DNA of 63,466 bases, counting the filler, from Sphingomonadaceae bacterium (GTDB lineage: Bacteria; Chloroflexota; UBA6077), in NCBI GenBank assembly GCA_050261575.1. It is 4 parts of 4 records of this genome, joined end to end, with 100 filler letters (N's around TTAATTAATTAA, not from the genome) between each part and the next. Parts side by side here need not be neighbours in the genome. Positions count along the whole stretch, not along the records: positions 1 to 30,266 come from JBLNDL010000019.1; 3 more parts are not named here. One strand, 5' to 3'. Below the pieces are notes generated by a model. The model saw nothing but the letters and a program-made list of their open reading frames with translations. It had not been told where the DNA came from and searched no databases. Positions 10,091 through 19,915 of this stretch are shown piece by piece. How positions within the stretch are numbered: position 1 is the first letter of the stretch; every line of letters begins with the position of its first letter. Position numbers and translations under genes: made by a program.

Positions 10091-11292
10091 GATGCCTCCC
10101 TGTAGGGTCTTATCCTGCCGGTAACTAGGATCGCCACCAGGGTGGTGGCCACCGACAGCACGATGGGGGCGGTGGTGAGACCCAGATCCATCAGGGCACC
10201 GAAAAGGGCGGGAGCCCCCACCATGCCGACGAGTCCGCCCACGCTGTTGGCCGATGCCAGCGCCTGCTCCCTCTGGTCCTGGGGATAGGCACCCGCGATG
10301 ATCAACGGCTGGAGGCTTACCGTGCCCACCGCTCCCACGGCCAGCACCAGCACCCCGGCGAGGAAGAGCGGGCCGTAGCCGTTCAGGGACATGACGGACG
10401 TTCCGGCCAGGCTCAGCAGTTGAAACATCCTCAGCATCCTGGAGTGGCCCCATCGATCGCCCTTCAGTCCCACCATGAGAACCGCCAGCAGGCCCGCGAG
10501 GCGGGTGTAACCGATCACGGAGGCAGCATCTGCCTGGCTGAGGCCCCAGGCCCTCACCATGATCAGGGGAAGCACCGAGATCAACCCCATCAGAAGGATC
10601 GAGACCGAGGCGTGGATGGTGGCGCTGTACACCAGCCGAAGATCCAGCGGCACGCGTCCGCGCGATCCCCGCTTCACCGCCTGGCCGCCGCTATCGCGCA
10701 CCCTGGCGAAGGCCACCACCGCCGCGGCCCCCACGAGTCCCGCCATCAGCAACGTCCCGCGCCAATCGGTCCAGAAGAGCATCACCGCCACGAAGGTCGA
10801 TCCGCTGAACGATCCCAGGGTGCCGGCAAGCTCGTGCACCGCCATGAAGCGCGCCCTGTTCCGCTGGCCTCCGGCCTCCACCAGGAGAGAGAGCCCCAAC
10901 GGGAGGTAGAACCCGACGCCGAGCCCCATGAGCCCCGCTCCCACCATCAACGTGCCCGTGCCGGCAGCCTGGGACAGCAGCACGACCCCGGGGAGGGACA
11001 GGGCGACGCCGCCGACGATACGAGCCCTCCGGCTGCCGGGCAACCACCCGCTCGACCAGTTCCCGAAAGAGAAGCCGAGAAGCATCACGGCGATGGCCAG
11101 GCCTGCCGCGGAGTTGGAAAGCCGCAACTCGGCCCCGACGGTGGGCATGAGGGTATAGGTCAGGGCTCGAGAGAAGATGGACCAATAGAAGACGAGCATG
11201 CAGGCCAGGACCGCGTACGGCAGGCCCGCACCTTTTTCCGCTGCCATCCTGGGGGTGTTGCTGGATCCGGGGGAACCGCTCGAGTGCGCCAT
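10087..11292 (-). CDS. MFS transporter
   Basis: About 12 hydrophobic helices in about 400 aa. GDRWG loop motif. Confidence 0.85.
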   Translation of the reverse strand: MAHSSGSPGSSNTPRMAAEKGAGLPYAVLACMLVFYWSIFSRALTYTLMPTVGAELRLSNSAAGLAIAVMLLGFSFGNWSSGWLPGSRRARIVGGVALSLPGVVLLSQAAGTGTLMVGAGLMGLGVGFYLPLGLSLLVEAGGQRNRARFMAVHELAGTLGSFSGSTFVAVMLFWTDWRGTLLMAGLVGAAAVVAFARVRDSGGQAVKRGSRGRVPLDLRLVYSATIHASVSILLMGLISVLPLIMVRAWGLSQADAASVIGYTRLAGLLAVLMVGLKGDRWGHSRMLRMFQLLSLAGTSVMSLNGYGPLFLAGVLVLAVGAVGTVSLQPLIIAGAYPQDQREQALASANSVGGLVGMVGAPALFGALMDLGLTTAPIVLSVATTLVAILVTGRIRPYREAS

Positions 11293-11781
11293 CTTGACCG
11301 CCTTACCGCCTGACTCACGATCGTGCCCCGATCAACTACCGACCGGGGCTTGCGGATAGTCTACCAACAAGAGGTGGTGCAGCGCGACCGTGAGATCCCA
11401 GGGGCCGGATAGACGGTGCGGTGTGTGGATCGCACTAGGAAGCGGCGATCCCACGGCGGGTTGCATCGGATGCGTCGGGTCGCGCGCGTTCCCTGCGGGC
11501 CCTCGCTCGGCTACCAGCCGGACGTCGCGCTCTCCGTCGCCTGGGGATGCAGTTCGATCCGGTGGTCGATTGCCTCCGCCTTCGGGCAACGCTCAGACGA
11601 ACAGAGCCCTGAGCGCATCGTTCCTCAATTCGACGACGTAGGGCAGACATGGGGTTGCGCCCGCTCGCGTCACGTGTCCCCCGCCGCCCCCAGCCGAGGG
11701 CGCACGGGGCGGAGGTTCATCCCCCGCCCCGCCGCATGGGACTTGCTGAACGACGCACTTGGCCGGTGCCCTGCGCGGCGA

Positions 11782-12249
11782 TCAGGAGGTTCTCAATGGG
11801 AAGAGCACCTGGGTCTGCAACTCCTGAGGTGGCGTCTCGTTGGGGTCGTTCAGGTACATCTCGTACGAGACACCTGTCGCCTCGTATCCGGACTGTCCGA
11901 CGAACGCGGAGAGCGCCTCGTAGGCCCCAGGCCCGATCTCGTTGTAGGGGCCGGTATAGAGGCAGCTCGCATACTTGCCAGCAGGGATCTCTCCGGCCAG
12001 GATGTTGCCCCTGCCGGGAACCTTCCGCGGGACGGGGAATCCGATCTCGACGTCCAGGTTCGCCATGTCCATGTTGTGGTAGGCAGCGAAAGGAGGCCCT
12101 GCAGGATGCTCTCCCAACTCACCCAGGTATTGCGCTATGGCGCCGTAGGACTGCCCGAGCACCTGCCGTAGACCTTGAACGGATGTCCTGGTCCGGATCG
12201 ACAACGTGGGCTGCGCCGCTTGGTCTAGGATCGCGCACTGGTGCGACAT
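11782..12249 (-). CDS. GyrI-like small-molecule-binding protein
   Basis: QPTLSIR, GPPFAAYH, DVEIGFPV, YTGPY and YEMYLNDP motifs. Confidence 0.85.
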   Translation of the reverse strand: MSHQCAILDQAAQPTLSIRTRTSVQGLRQVLGQSYGAIAQYLGELGEHPAGPPFAAYHNMDMANLDVEIGFPVPRKVPGRGNILAGEIPAGKYASCLYTGPYNEIGPGAYEALSAFVGQSGYEATGVSYEMYLNDPNETPPQELQTQVLFPLRTS

Positions 12250-12560
12250 TCTGTCTACTCCCCAATCGATTAATCGGTGACTCAGGCAACCAAGGTCATC
12301 ATAATCCACCGAACACTGGGCAGTCCATCGTCGGCCAGCGGCCGACGAGGCGCCGGGCGCTGGTCCGCACCATCGGATTGGCGGGCCCGATTCCGGATAA
12401 TGGGTGGGTCCAGCCAAAGGCTCGTGGCATCGCCCCTTCCACCACTACTTGGTTCCTGCTATGATGCACCCGTAGCGCGATCGCTCGAGCCGTCGACCGC
12501 CAGCCATCGGCAGCCACGATCATCTCTCAGAATCCAGAATCCCAGCGCCTGGAGGCGGCC

Positions 12561-13213
12561 ATGCTCGCCAAGGCCCTCACCTGCGCCGTCGTCGGCCTCG
12601 ACGGACAACTGGTCGAGGTCGAGGTCGACATCGCCTCCCACGGCATGCCCCACTTCGCCATCGTCGGCCTGCCGGACGCCGCCGTCCAGGAGGCCCGCGA
12701 GCGGGTCCGCGCGGCGATCAAGAACTCCGGCCTCGTCTTCCCGATGCGCCGCATCACGGTGAACCTGGCCCCGGCCGATCTGAAGAAGGAGGGGCCGGCG
12801 TACGACCTCCCCATCGCCGTGGGCATCCTGATGGCTTCGGGCCAGGTCCCGCCCCCGGACGTCTCCGCCCTCTTCCTCGGCGAGCTTTCACTCGACGGCG
12901 GCCTCCGCCACGCCAACGGCATCCTGCCCATGGTCTCCCTGGCCAGGGAGCGGCAGATCGAGACCGTCTTCGTGCCCGCCGAGGACGCCCGGGAGGCGGC
13001 CCTGGTCGAGGGCGTGACGGCCATCCCCGTAGAGAGCCTGGCCGCCCTGGTTGCCCACCTGCGGGACGAGGCGCCCATAGCCCCCACCCTCCACCAGGAC
13101 GGTTGGGAGGCGGTCGTCCCAGGCGACGGCGCCCGCGACATGGTCCACGTTCGGGGCCAGGAGCACGCCAAGCGCGCCCTGGAGGTGGCCGCCGCGGGGG
13201 GTCACAACCTGCT
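12561..13213 (+). pseudogene. comM: comM (YifB/Mg-chelatase-like AAA+), 5' part, interrupted by an integrated element
   Basis: VEVEVD, IVGLPDAAVQEARERV, NLAPADLKKEG and GQEHAKRALEVAAAGGHNLL motifs. Stops at TGA 13221-13223 inside attL. Confidence 0.95.
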
Positions 13214-13235
13214 TATGTTGTGAACAAAACACCCT
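13203..13235. other. attL (core plus P-arm GTTGTGAACAAAACACCCT)
   Basis: The P-arm at 13217-13235 matches the reverse complement of 22322-22340 at 17 of 19 positions. Confidence 0.85.
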
Positions 13236-13324
13236 GTCAATGACTCTGCCCTGGCTAGCCCTACTCGACAGTCTGAAGTACACTCACCCCAGGAGTCTGG
13301 ACACAACGCGGAGAGGAGTAACGG

Positions 13325-13774
13325 ATGGCCGACATCAAGGACTTGCTTGCTGCATCTGCCCAAGCTAATGCGGGTCTAGAGAGACTGAACCGAGACCTTA
13401 AACAAATGGCGGAACCGAGAGACTATTCCTTCCTGGCGGCATCCATCAAGGACTACAAGTTAGCCGATACCCTCTATGAGGAGTTGGAAGAGGACATTCA
13501 GAAGACCCAGCAAGGGCTCGGGCCAGACGAGCAAATCCTGGCTATCTACTATGCTCCAAATGGGGATCCCATTATCATCGACGACATCGGCTACCACAAT
13601 CCGTATCTCTTGATCCTGAAGGGTCGAGATGCTGAAGGGAACAAGTGTCGGGTCCTGGCCCACATGAACGTTGTTCAGATCGTGGTCAAGATACTCAAGG
13701 TGGTCGGCAAACAGCCCAGGCGGCAAATCGGCTTCGTGGGCGAACAGAACAGTAAGACCGAGGCAGAGCAATAA
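13325..13774 (+). CDS. DUF6173-like protein
   Basis: Strong RBS. IDDIGYHNPYLLILKGRDAEGN...AH...RRQIGF pattern recalled for DUF6173. Confidence 0.6.
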   Translation: MADIKDLLAASAQANAGLERLNRDLKQMAEPRDYSFLAASIKDYKLADTLYEELEEDIQKTQQGLGPDEQILAIYYAPNGDPIIIDDIGYHNPYLLILKGRDAEGNKCRVLAHMNVVQIVVKILKVVGKQPRRQIGFVGEQNSKTEAEQ

Positions 13775-13787
13775 GAGCCAAGAATAG

Positions 13788-13818
13788 AAAAGGGGAGGAG
13801 CCTTTCGACCCCTCCCCT
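13788..13818 (-). terminator. Intrinsic terminator between convergent genes
   Basis: AGGGGAGG/CCTCCCCT stem with an A-tract on the left (U-tail on the minus strand). Confidence 0.65.
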
Positions 13819-13841
13819 AAGTGTCGGACCGCCTTGATTGT

Positions 13842-14354
13842 CTAGCCGTTGGCTTCCTCGGTCTTCGGCTCTTCAGCCTTCAGTGCCTCCAGCGCCTTGG
13901 TCAGTTGAGTCCGGGCCTTGTTCAACAGGCTGGCCGCTGGACCCTCGACCCCTTGGACTTCGCTCAACTCTTGACTGATCCTCTCGAGCCGGACGACCGG
14001 AGGCAAAGGCTGTCTGCCGTTCCGAACCGCCGGCTTCTTGGTCCCCGCGTCGTAGCCCCTCAACCAAGCCGCCTGCAACTTCTCGGTTAGGGCCTTGTCC
14101 GTGCCTTCGGGGGTCGAGGGTGCCACCTTGGTCATCCCGCGCTGCCCCTTGGAGTAGCCTGCCGAGAACCAGTTCTTGACGGTCAGAACCGTGAGAACCT
14201 TGACCTGCTTGCTCGTCTCAGTCTGAACGCCGGTGGGCTGAGTCTGAGTCTCCACCGTCTCAGACTGGCCTTCTACGGTCGCCGTGGGCTCGCTGGTGAC
14301 GTCCTGCGCTTCGGTCTTCTCCTCAACTTGGGTCGCCTTCGTGGTCCTTGCCAT
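13842..14354 (-). CDS. Hypothetical protein with Rmf/CrpP-like GY..G...W..GY..G motif
   Basis: RBS GGAGG. Low-complexity E/T/Q N-terminus, central motif, helical C-terminus. Confidence 0.6.
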   Translation of the reverse strand: MARTTKATQVEEKTEAQDVTSEPTATVEGQSETVETQTQPTGVQTETSKQVKVLTVLTVKNWFSAGYSKGQRGMTKVAPSTPEGTDKALTEKLQAAWLRGYDAGTKKPAVRNGRQPLPPVVRLERISQELSEVQGVEGPAASLLNKARTQLTKALEALKAEEPKTEEANG

Positions 14355-14472
14355 CGTTCCGTCCTCCATCCTGATCTAGGGAGCTGTGTCCCCGACAGGC
14401 ATCATCATGTCGTAGATTGAGGACGGCGTATGCCGGGCAAAGCGCACAGAGTTTTGGTGGGGGTTCGGGTGG

Positions 14473-14697
14473 TTAGTTCCGCCGTTCCAGGGCTTCGTCC
14501 ATCTCCCGCAGGACCGAGAGCAGAGTATCCCGTAGAGACTCCAGCGCCCGGCGCCCGAGGACGGGCCGCCTAATGTCTGGTCTGTCCTCAGCGGGTCGGA
14601 GGTTGGCTGCTGCAATCTGGTCCCATCGGGCTAGGGCCGCCTCGACCCGTTCTAGTCGAGCTTCGGTTGCCCTTCTACTTGCTCCTGTCTTGGCCAT
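14473..14697 (-). CDS. Small helical hypothetical protein
   Basis: ATG with upstream AGGTAGGTGG. Amphipathic helical composition. Confidence 0.5.
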   Translation of the reverse strand: MAKTGASRRATEARLERVEAALARWDQIAAANLRPAEDRPDIRRPVLGRRALESLRDTLLSVLREMDEALERRN

Positions 14698-14804
14698 CTT
14701 CCACCTACCTTCTGATCCATTCTAGACGGTGCACACCGACTGCTGGACGGATAGGTTCGCTCCGAGTAGAATGACGATCTACAAACATCCCAAGGAGGCT
14801 GCCG

Positions 14805-16634
14805 GTGAGTCGTAGGAAGCACACGCCAAGGGCGACCCCGTCGAGGACCACTGGCCCGGTTAGTCCTCAACCCATCCCTGCAACTACTGATACGCCACAA
14901 CCAGGGAAGCCAGCTAATCCAATTATCGATGGTAGTAGGACACTGGCTCAGGGGATGGCAGTCAACCTCGCCTGGGACCTGGCCAAGGCCGCAGCACAAG
15001 GGCCAGTCACCGATATCTGGAATGAGATTATCAAGAATGCACCATCGCTGATCAATAGTGCGGTTAGTGCCGCCCACCAACTCGTGGGCTTGTCGGCGAT
15101 GAACTTCATGCAGCGCGAGACTCTCAGTCCGGTCGAGTGGCGATACCTCACCAATGGCTTTCTGTTCTACGGGGACAACCTCGATATCCTCGGTCGCTAT
15201 ATCAAGGACGAGTCCGTCGATCTGGTTTACCTCGACCCGCCTTTCAACAGTGACCAGGACTTCAACGTCCTCTTTGACGAGCAAGACGGCACCAGGAGTG
15301 CGGCTCAGATCAAAGCCTTTGAGGATATGTGGCGTTGGGATCAGGCATCGGTCGCTGCCTATCAGGAAATGGTTGAACACGGACCCGAAGATGTAGCCAA
15401 GGCTCTCCGTGCATTTCGGATTATGCTCGGTGAGACTGACCTTCTGGCCTATCTGTCTATGATGGCTCCACGTCTCGTAGAACTAAAACGAGTGATGAAA
15501 CCTACAGCTAGTATCTATCTGCACTGTGATGCTACTGCCGGACATTACCTCAAGATGCTGATGGATGCTGTCTTTGGGCCAAAGCAGTTTCGTAATGAGA
15601 TTGTCTGGTACTACTATAACAAGATGCATGACCGGCGCAAGAAGCTTTTCCCAAGGGCACACGACACCCTTCTGTTCTATGTCAAGGATATTGAGGCCGA
15701 TTTCACATTCCACCAGCTCAAGGAGATGCGTGACGAACCAGTCAAGCAACTGCTCCGCAAGAAGGTGGACGGTCGCATGGTCAACGTCAAGGACGCTGAC
15801 GGTCACGTAGTCTACCAACTCAAAGAGGACCGGACTCTCGACAACGTATGGCGTATTCCATGTCTTCAACCAGCAGCCAGGGAGAAGCTAGGTTATCCCA
15901 CACAGAAGCCAGAGTCACTGTTGGAGAGGGTAATCGAGGCGAGTAGTAATCCTGGTGATGTAGTTCTTGATCCATTCTGTGGTTGTGGCACCTCGATTTC
16001 GGTAGCCCAAAGACTTGGCCGGCGTTGGATCGGGATCGATGTTACTCACCTTGCCGTTAACTTGATAAAGCACCGGATGTACCACGCCTTTGATGATGGA
16101 ATTGCCTACAAGGTCATCGGTGAACCCACCACCCTCCAGGATGCAATTGAGCTGGCTGAACAGGACAAGGACCGGATGCAGTTCCAGTATTGGGCACTGG
16201 GCCTAGTTGCCGCTCGGCCAACGGAGCGGAAGAAGGGGGCGGACAAGGGGATTGATGGACGTCTGCACTTCCACGACGGGCCGGATTTGAAGACCCAGCA
16301 ACTGATTATCTCGGTGAAGTCCGGGGGTGTGGACGTCAAGGATGTTCGGGAACTGATTGCGGTCGTAAAACAGCAAGAAGCACAAATGGGGGTCTTGATC
16401 ACTCTGGAGAAGGTCAAGAAGACCATGCGGGCTGAAGCGGCTTCCGAGGGCTTCTACTACTCACCTCTCTGGGATAGGAAGTATCCACGTATCCAAGTCC
16501 TGACTATCGAAGAGCTCCTTAACGGCAAGCAGATAGACATGCCTCCAATAAAGCAGGTCAACCGTACGTTTAAGCAGGCACCAAGGGCAAAGATAATCGA
16601 GGGGATAGAACAACTGTTGCCGTTGATGGAGTAG
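14805..16634 (+). CDS. N4/N6 DNA methyltransferase (beta class) fused to a C-terminal Mrr-like nuclease domain
   Basis: YGDNL, YLDPPF (motif IV), YPTQKP and VLDPFCGCGT (motif I), then GADKGIDG...ISVKSG. RBS GGAGG before GTG. Confidence 0.85.
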   Translation: MSRRKHTPRATPSRTTGPVSPQPIPATTDTPQPGKPANPIIDGSRTLAQGMAVNLAWDLAKAAAQGPVTDIWNEIIKNAPSLINSAVSAAHQLVGLSAMNFMQRETLSPVEWRYLTNGFLFYGDNLDILGRYIKDESVDLVYLDPPFNSDQDFNVLFDEQDGTRSAAQIKAFEDMWRWDQASVAAYQEMVEHGPEDVAKALRAFRIMLGETDLLAYLSMMAPRLVELKRVMKPTASIYLHCDATAGHYLKMLMDAVFGPKQFRNEIVWYYYNKMHDRRKKLFPRAHDTLLFYVKDIEADFTFHQLKEMRDEPVKQLLRKKVDGRMVNVKDADGHVVYQLKEDRTLDNVWRIPCLQPAAREKLGYPTQKPESLLERVIEASSNPGDVVLDPFCGCGTSISVAQRLGRRWIGIDVTHLAVNLIKHRMYHAFDDGIAYKVIGEPTTLQDAIELAEQDKDRMQFQYWALGLVAARPTERKKGADKGIDGRLHFHDGPDLKTQQLIISVKSGGVDVKDVRELIAVVKQQEAQMGVLITLEKVKKTMRAEAASEGFYYSPLWDRKYPRIQVLTIEELLNGKQIDMPPIKQVNRTFKQAPRAKIIEGIEQLLPLME

Positions 16635-16644
16635 AAGGCTTATG

Positions 16645-16673
16645 GGGGCCGAGTCTCTGACTGGCTCGGCCCC
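16645..16673. terminator. Hairpin between the convergent MTase and recombinase genes
   Basis: GGGGCCGAGTC/GGCTCGGCCCC stem. Confidence 0.55.
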
Positions 16674-16680
16674 TGCATCG

Positions 16681-18249
16681 TTATGCCCCCCTCGCCATGA
16701 ACTCAAAGGGTTCCGACTCCCAACCGGGGATAACGAACCGGATGTGCCAGTCTCGGCCCGATACTCGGACCACGACCCCCCAACGCTCCAACGCCCGCCG
16801 CTTCTGCTCGAACCCGAAGCTATCGATCTGCCCGGCTACCTCGTCGCAGTACCGGAACAGTTCTTCCCACTTGGTGCCCATGGACTCCTGCTTGGCGATC
16901 TGCTCATTCAGTGCGTCTATGGTCGCCCGTAGTCGTCGCTTCTCCTGGTCGGCCAGAGCCAGTTCCTGCTTGATGGTGTCCAGCGCTAGGTTCTCGTCGT
17001 CGGCATACATCCGGATCAACCGCTGCAACCGACCCTCCACCTTGGTTAGTGCCTTCTCGGCCGCGTCTCGGTCGGCTTCCAGTAGTCGGCTCGTGCCCGC
17101 CTCTCGACGCCGATTGTACTCGTCCAGAATGACCGTGGGGTCCTTCAGCACTTCGGCCATTCGCTCCCAGACGAAGGACTCCAGAAGGTCGGCGTTCACC
17201 CGCTTGGCTCCGCAAGGCCCGCTCGGGGTTTCCCTGGACGAGCAGCGGTAGGTCCTTCGACCCTTCTCAGGGTTGGCCCGCATCTTTCGGCCGCAGACCG
17301 AGCAGACCGCCAAACCTCGAAGGAGGTAGGGTCGCTCTTCGTTGCGGGTCGCCTCTCCCATGTTGACTGCCAGCCGGTTCTGGACCCTGTCCCAAAGTTG
17401 GGCGGACACGATGGCCGGTGTCACCCCATCGGGCAGCTTGATCCACTCGGACTCGGGTCGCTCCAACAGGACCCGCACCTGCTTGCCGTCCCTGACCTGC
17501 TTCTCCCAGGTCCAGTGCCAAGCGTAGGTCTCTCCCTTGTAGGCCGTGTTCACAAGGACCCGCCGAAGGCAGCCCGTACCCCAGTAGGGCTTTCGACCCA
17601 GTTTCCTTTTCCCCTCGGAGGGCGCTGGTATGCCGGTATTGTTCAGTTCGTGGATCACCGACCGGATAGACCGCCCTTCCTCACCGACCCACCTGAAGAT
17701 GCACCGGACAACTTCGGCCTCGGGCTCGTAAATCCTACGGACACCGGCCGCCTTGTCTCGGCGGTAGCCGTACAGTTCCGAACTATGGCTGTGGATCTTC
17801 CCACTCTTGATCCGGGCTCGCTTGCCTCTGGTCACTCGCTCCTTGATCTTCTCCCGTTCAACCTCGGCGGCGAACGCCTTGGCCGACCGAAGGAACTTCC
17901 CGACCGCTGAGTCCTCGAAGCTCTCGGTCACAAACTCCAAGCCGACCCCTGCCCGCTCGAACTCGTCGGCCAGAATGTAGAGGTGGGCTTGGTTTCGGGC
18001 CAGACGGTCAACCGCGTGGGCGATCACAACATCAACGTCGCCTTGACGGATGGCCTCTCGGAGTCTGGTCACCTGAGGGCGCTCGGCTAGATCGTACCCG
18101 CTATGCACATCTTGGTAGACGGCTACCACCTCGTAGCCTCGGGCCTCGGCATGCCTCTGGCTGTACTCCTGTTGGGTGTCCAAGCTGGTACCGTCTTCCT
18201 CTTGCTTGGTGGTGGACACCCGACAGTAGATCGCGGCTCGCTTGGTCAT
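16681..18249 (-). CDS. Large serine recombinase (integrase)
   Basis: IYCRVST catalytic Ser, DRLAR, recombinase domain, Zn ribbon CSVCG..YRC..C and C-terminal coiled coil. 522 aa. Confidence 0.95.
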   Translation of the reverse strand: MTKRAAIYCRVSTTKQEEDGTSLDTQQEYSQRHAEARGYEVVAVYQDVHSGYDLAERPQVTRLREAIRQGDVDVVIAHAVDRLARNQAHLYILADEFERAGVGLEFVTESFEDSAVGKFLRSAKAFAAEVEREKIKERVTRGKRARIKSGKIHSHSSELYGYRRDKAAGVRRIYEPEAEVVRCIFRWVGEEGRSIRSVIHELNNTGIPAPSEGKRKLGRKPYWGTGCLRRVLVNTAYKGETYAWHWTWEKQVRDGKQVRVLLERPESEWIKLPDGVTPAIVSAQLWDRVQNRLAVNMGEATRNEERPYLLRGLAVCSVCGRKMRANPEKGRRTYRCSSRETPSGPCGAKRVNADLLESFVWERMAEVLKDPTVILDEYNRRREAGTSRLLEADRDAAEKALTKVEGRLQRLIRMYADDENLALDTIKQELALADQEKRRLRATIDALNEQIAKQESMGTKWEELFRYCDEVAGQIDSFGFEQKRRALERWGVVVRVSGRDWHIRFVIPGWESEPFEFMARGA

Positions 18250-18350
18250 ACTCCTTCTCCTCGGGCAGAATGGGCGGCCTCCTTATGTTGTGGCCGCCCT
18301 ACTAATGTGTCGTGTTTGCTCACTCTCGAGAGCCCCCCGCCCTGGGGGGT

Positions 18351-18394
18351 AAAAAGGGGGCAGACTACCTGCTGGGGATCAGGTAGTCCGCCCC
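18351..18394 (-). terminator. Intrinsic terminator after the capsid gene
   Basis: 15-bp stem GGGGCAGACTACCTG/CAGGTAGTCCGCCCC with a 5-U tail on the minus strand. Confidence 0.75.
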
Positions 18395-18414
18395 ATGTTG
18401 GATGGTCTTCTGGA

Positions 18415-19686
18415 CTAGGCTCTAATGCCCTTGACCAGGCAGAAGGCGCCGGGCTGAGCCACGGCAACATCCGCCCGCAGGTAGGCTCTGAAGATCACCT
18501 GGAGATCGCGGAAGCTATCCCCGGCCTCTCGGCTGACTTCCAGACGCACACTCGTCCGCATGCCGACCATCATCTGGCTGAAGTCGCCGATGAAGGCATC
18601 GCTGTTGTCCGAAGTGTTGCCCTGCGCCAGGTTGGTCGGGACCTGCTTGGTGGGATACTTCTTGAGGTCCAGCCAGACCTGCGGAGCAGCCAGCGGCGTA
18701 TTGTCGCCGGCGATGCCAGTCTTGAGCCGGCTCAGAGTGCCCAAGGTCCGCGGGTTGAGGATGATCGAGGCGGGCTCGTAGTTGCTGTTCCTGACGTACT
18801 CGACCGCGTAGGCCGTCCAGTCGTAGTTGGCCGGAACCGCACCGTTAACACCCATCTCATAGGTGTTGATGCCTTCCCAGTTCCGCAGCCCCAAGGGCTC
18901 ATTGGCCGCGCCCAACCCATACAGCGCGGCCCGGTCCAGTTCTAGGGCCAGAGCAGCGGCGATGCTGTTCTCGACGCTTAGACTCGGGGCATCCTCCAGC
19001 AGTTCAACACTGGACTTGACGAGCACCATCAGCGTCCGGGCATGCAGGCTGAGCCGACCCAAGCTCATGTCACTGAAAGAGCCCTGGGCGTTCTCCGCCT
19101 TCCAAGTGGCGGTCGGGTCTCCGGTAATTCGAGCCAGGTTGAGGGTGTCCGAAGTCATCGGAACCGTTCTGGCTCCAGCCTGGAACACCCGAGTCTGGTT
19201 GCGGGCCAGATCGATGATTTCCGCACTCAGGGCTTCGGGGACCGCATAGCCACCCAAAGCGTCCAGGCCCTCGGCCATCGCCCGCCTCTCTGCTTCCGCT
19301 TCCCTCCAGTTGCCGGTCACGATGCCTCTTAGGCAGCGGTCGAGACGCAGGTTCTGTCCCCTGGAACCAAGCCCAAGGCTCGCGGCCATTCGCTGCTCGG
19401 GGGCCAGGATCAGAACATCGCCGGATCGGCGGATTGGGGCTTCCATTGGTTCGCCAAGTCCACCCAACGGGTGACTGCGACCCTCAGGTGCCGGGAGGTC
19501 CAGCTCCACTACCATCTGATCCTCTCTGGCGGTCATCTTGGACACCTGGGCTTCAAGCTTCTGGAAATCGGCATCCTGAGCACGAGTCAACGGCCGTCCA
19601 TCGGCCGCATCCATAATCCCTCGCATCTTGGCGATGAGTTCGCCCTTCTGTCGCCGGAGTTCGATCAAGTCCTTAAGTTCTGCCAT
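18415..19686 (-). CDS. HK97-fold phage major capsid protein with N-terminal coiled-coil (delta-like) domain
   Basis: GGYAVPE.LS.EII, W.AEN, S.ELLED, LD.AAL.G.G....P.GL, GDFS and F..LQV.FRA..R.D motifs. Confidence 0.9.
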   Translation of the reverse strand: MAELKDLIELRRQKGELIAKMRGIMDAADGRPLTRAQDADFQKLEAQVSKMTAREDQMVVELDLPAPEGRSHPLGGLGEPMEAPIRRSGDVLILAPEQRMAASLGLGSRGQNLRLDRCLRGIVTGNWREAEAERRAMAEGLDALGGYAVPEALSAEIIDLARNQTRVFQAGARTVPMTSDTLNLARITGDPTATWKAENAQGSFSDMSLGRLSLHARTLMVLVKSSVELLEDAPSLSVENSIAAALALELDRAALYGLGAANEPLGLRNWEGINTYEMGVNGAVPANYDWTAYAVEYVRNSNYEPASIILNPRTLGTLSRLKTGIAGDNTPLAAPQVWLDLKKYPTKQVPTNLAQGNTSDNSDAFIGDFSQMMVGMRTSVRLEVSREAGDSFRDLQVIFRAYLRADVAVAQPGAFCLVKGIRA

Positions 19687-19915
19687 GTGTTGGATACACT
19701 CCTGGTTGTTAATTCCCCTCATTGGGGTGGTGGATTGTTCAGAGTCTTTGGACTGCCGCTCTGCCGCCCACTCCGTGGCGACTCGGCGCTACCTGGGGTC
19801 CACACTCCGTTGGATGCCCAGGCCCAGGAGTGACTCTGGAGTCGCGACCCTCGGCTAGGACGCCGCTGGTCCTAGTCGCGGGTTTGGCCTAAAGACCGTC
19901 TCTAGGCCGGGTTGG

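Noticed and set aside
11390..11780. Possible gene remnant (YQPDVALSVAWG-like text) between the MFS and GyrI-like genes
   Set aside because: No consistent frame, start or family that I can name.
18415..19686. Lone HK97-fold gene as an encapsulin
   Set aside because: It is 423 aa with a coiled-coil delta-like N-terminus and phage-type motifs, lies inside an integrated element with HNH and integrase, and has no cargo enzyme nearby.
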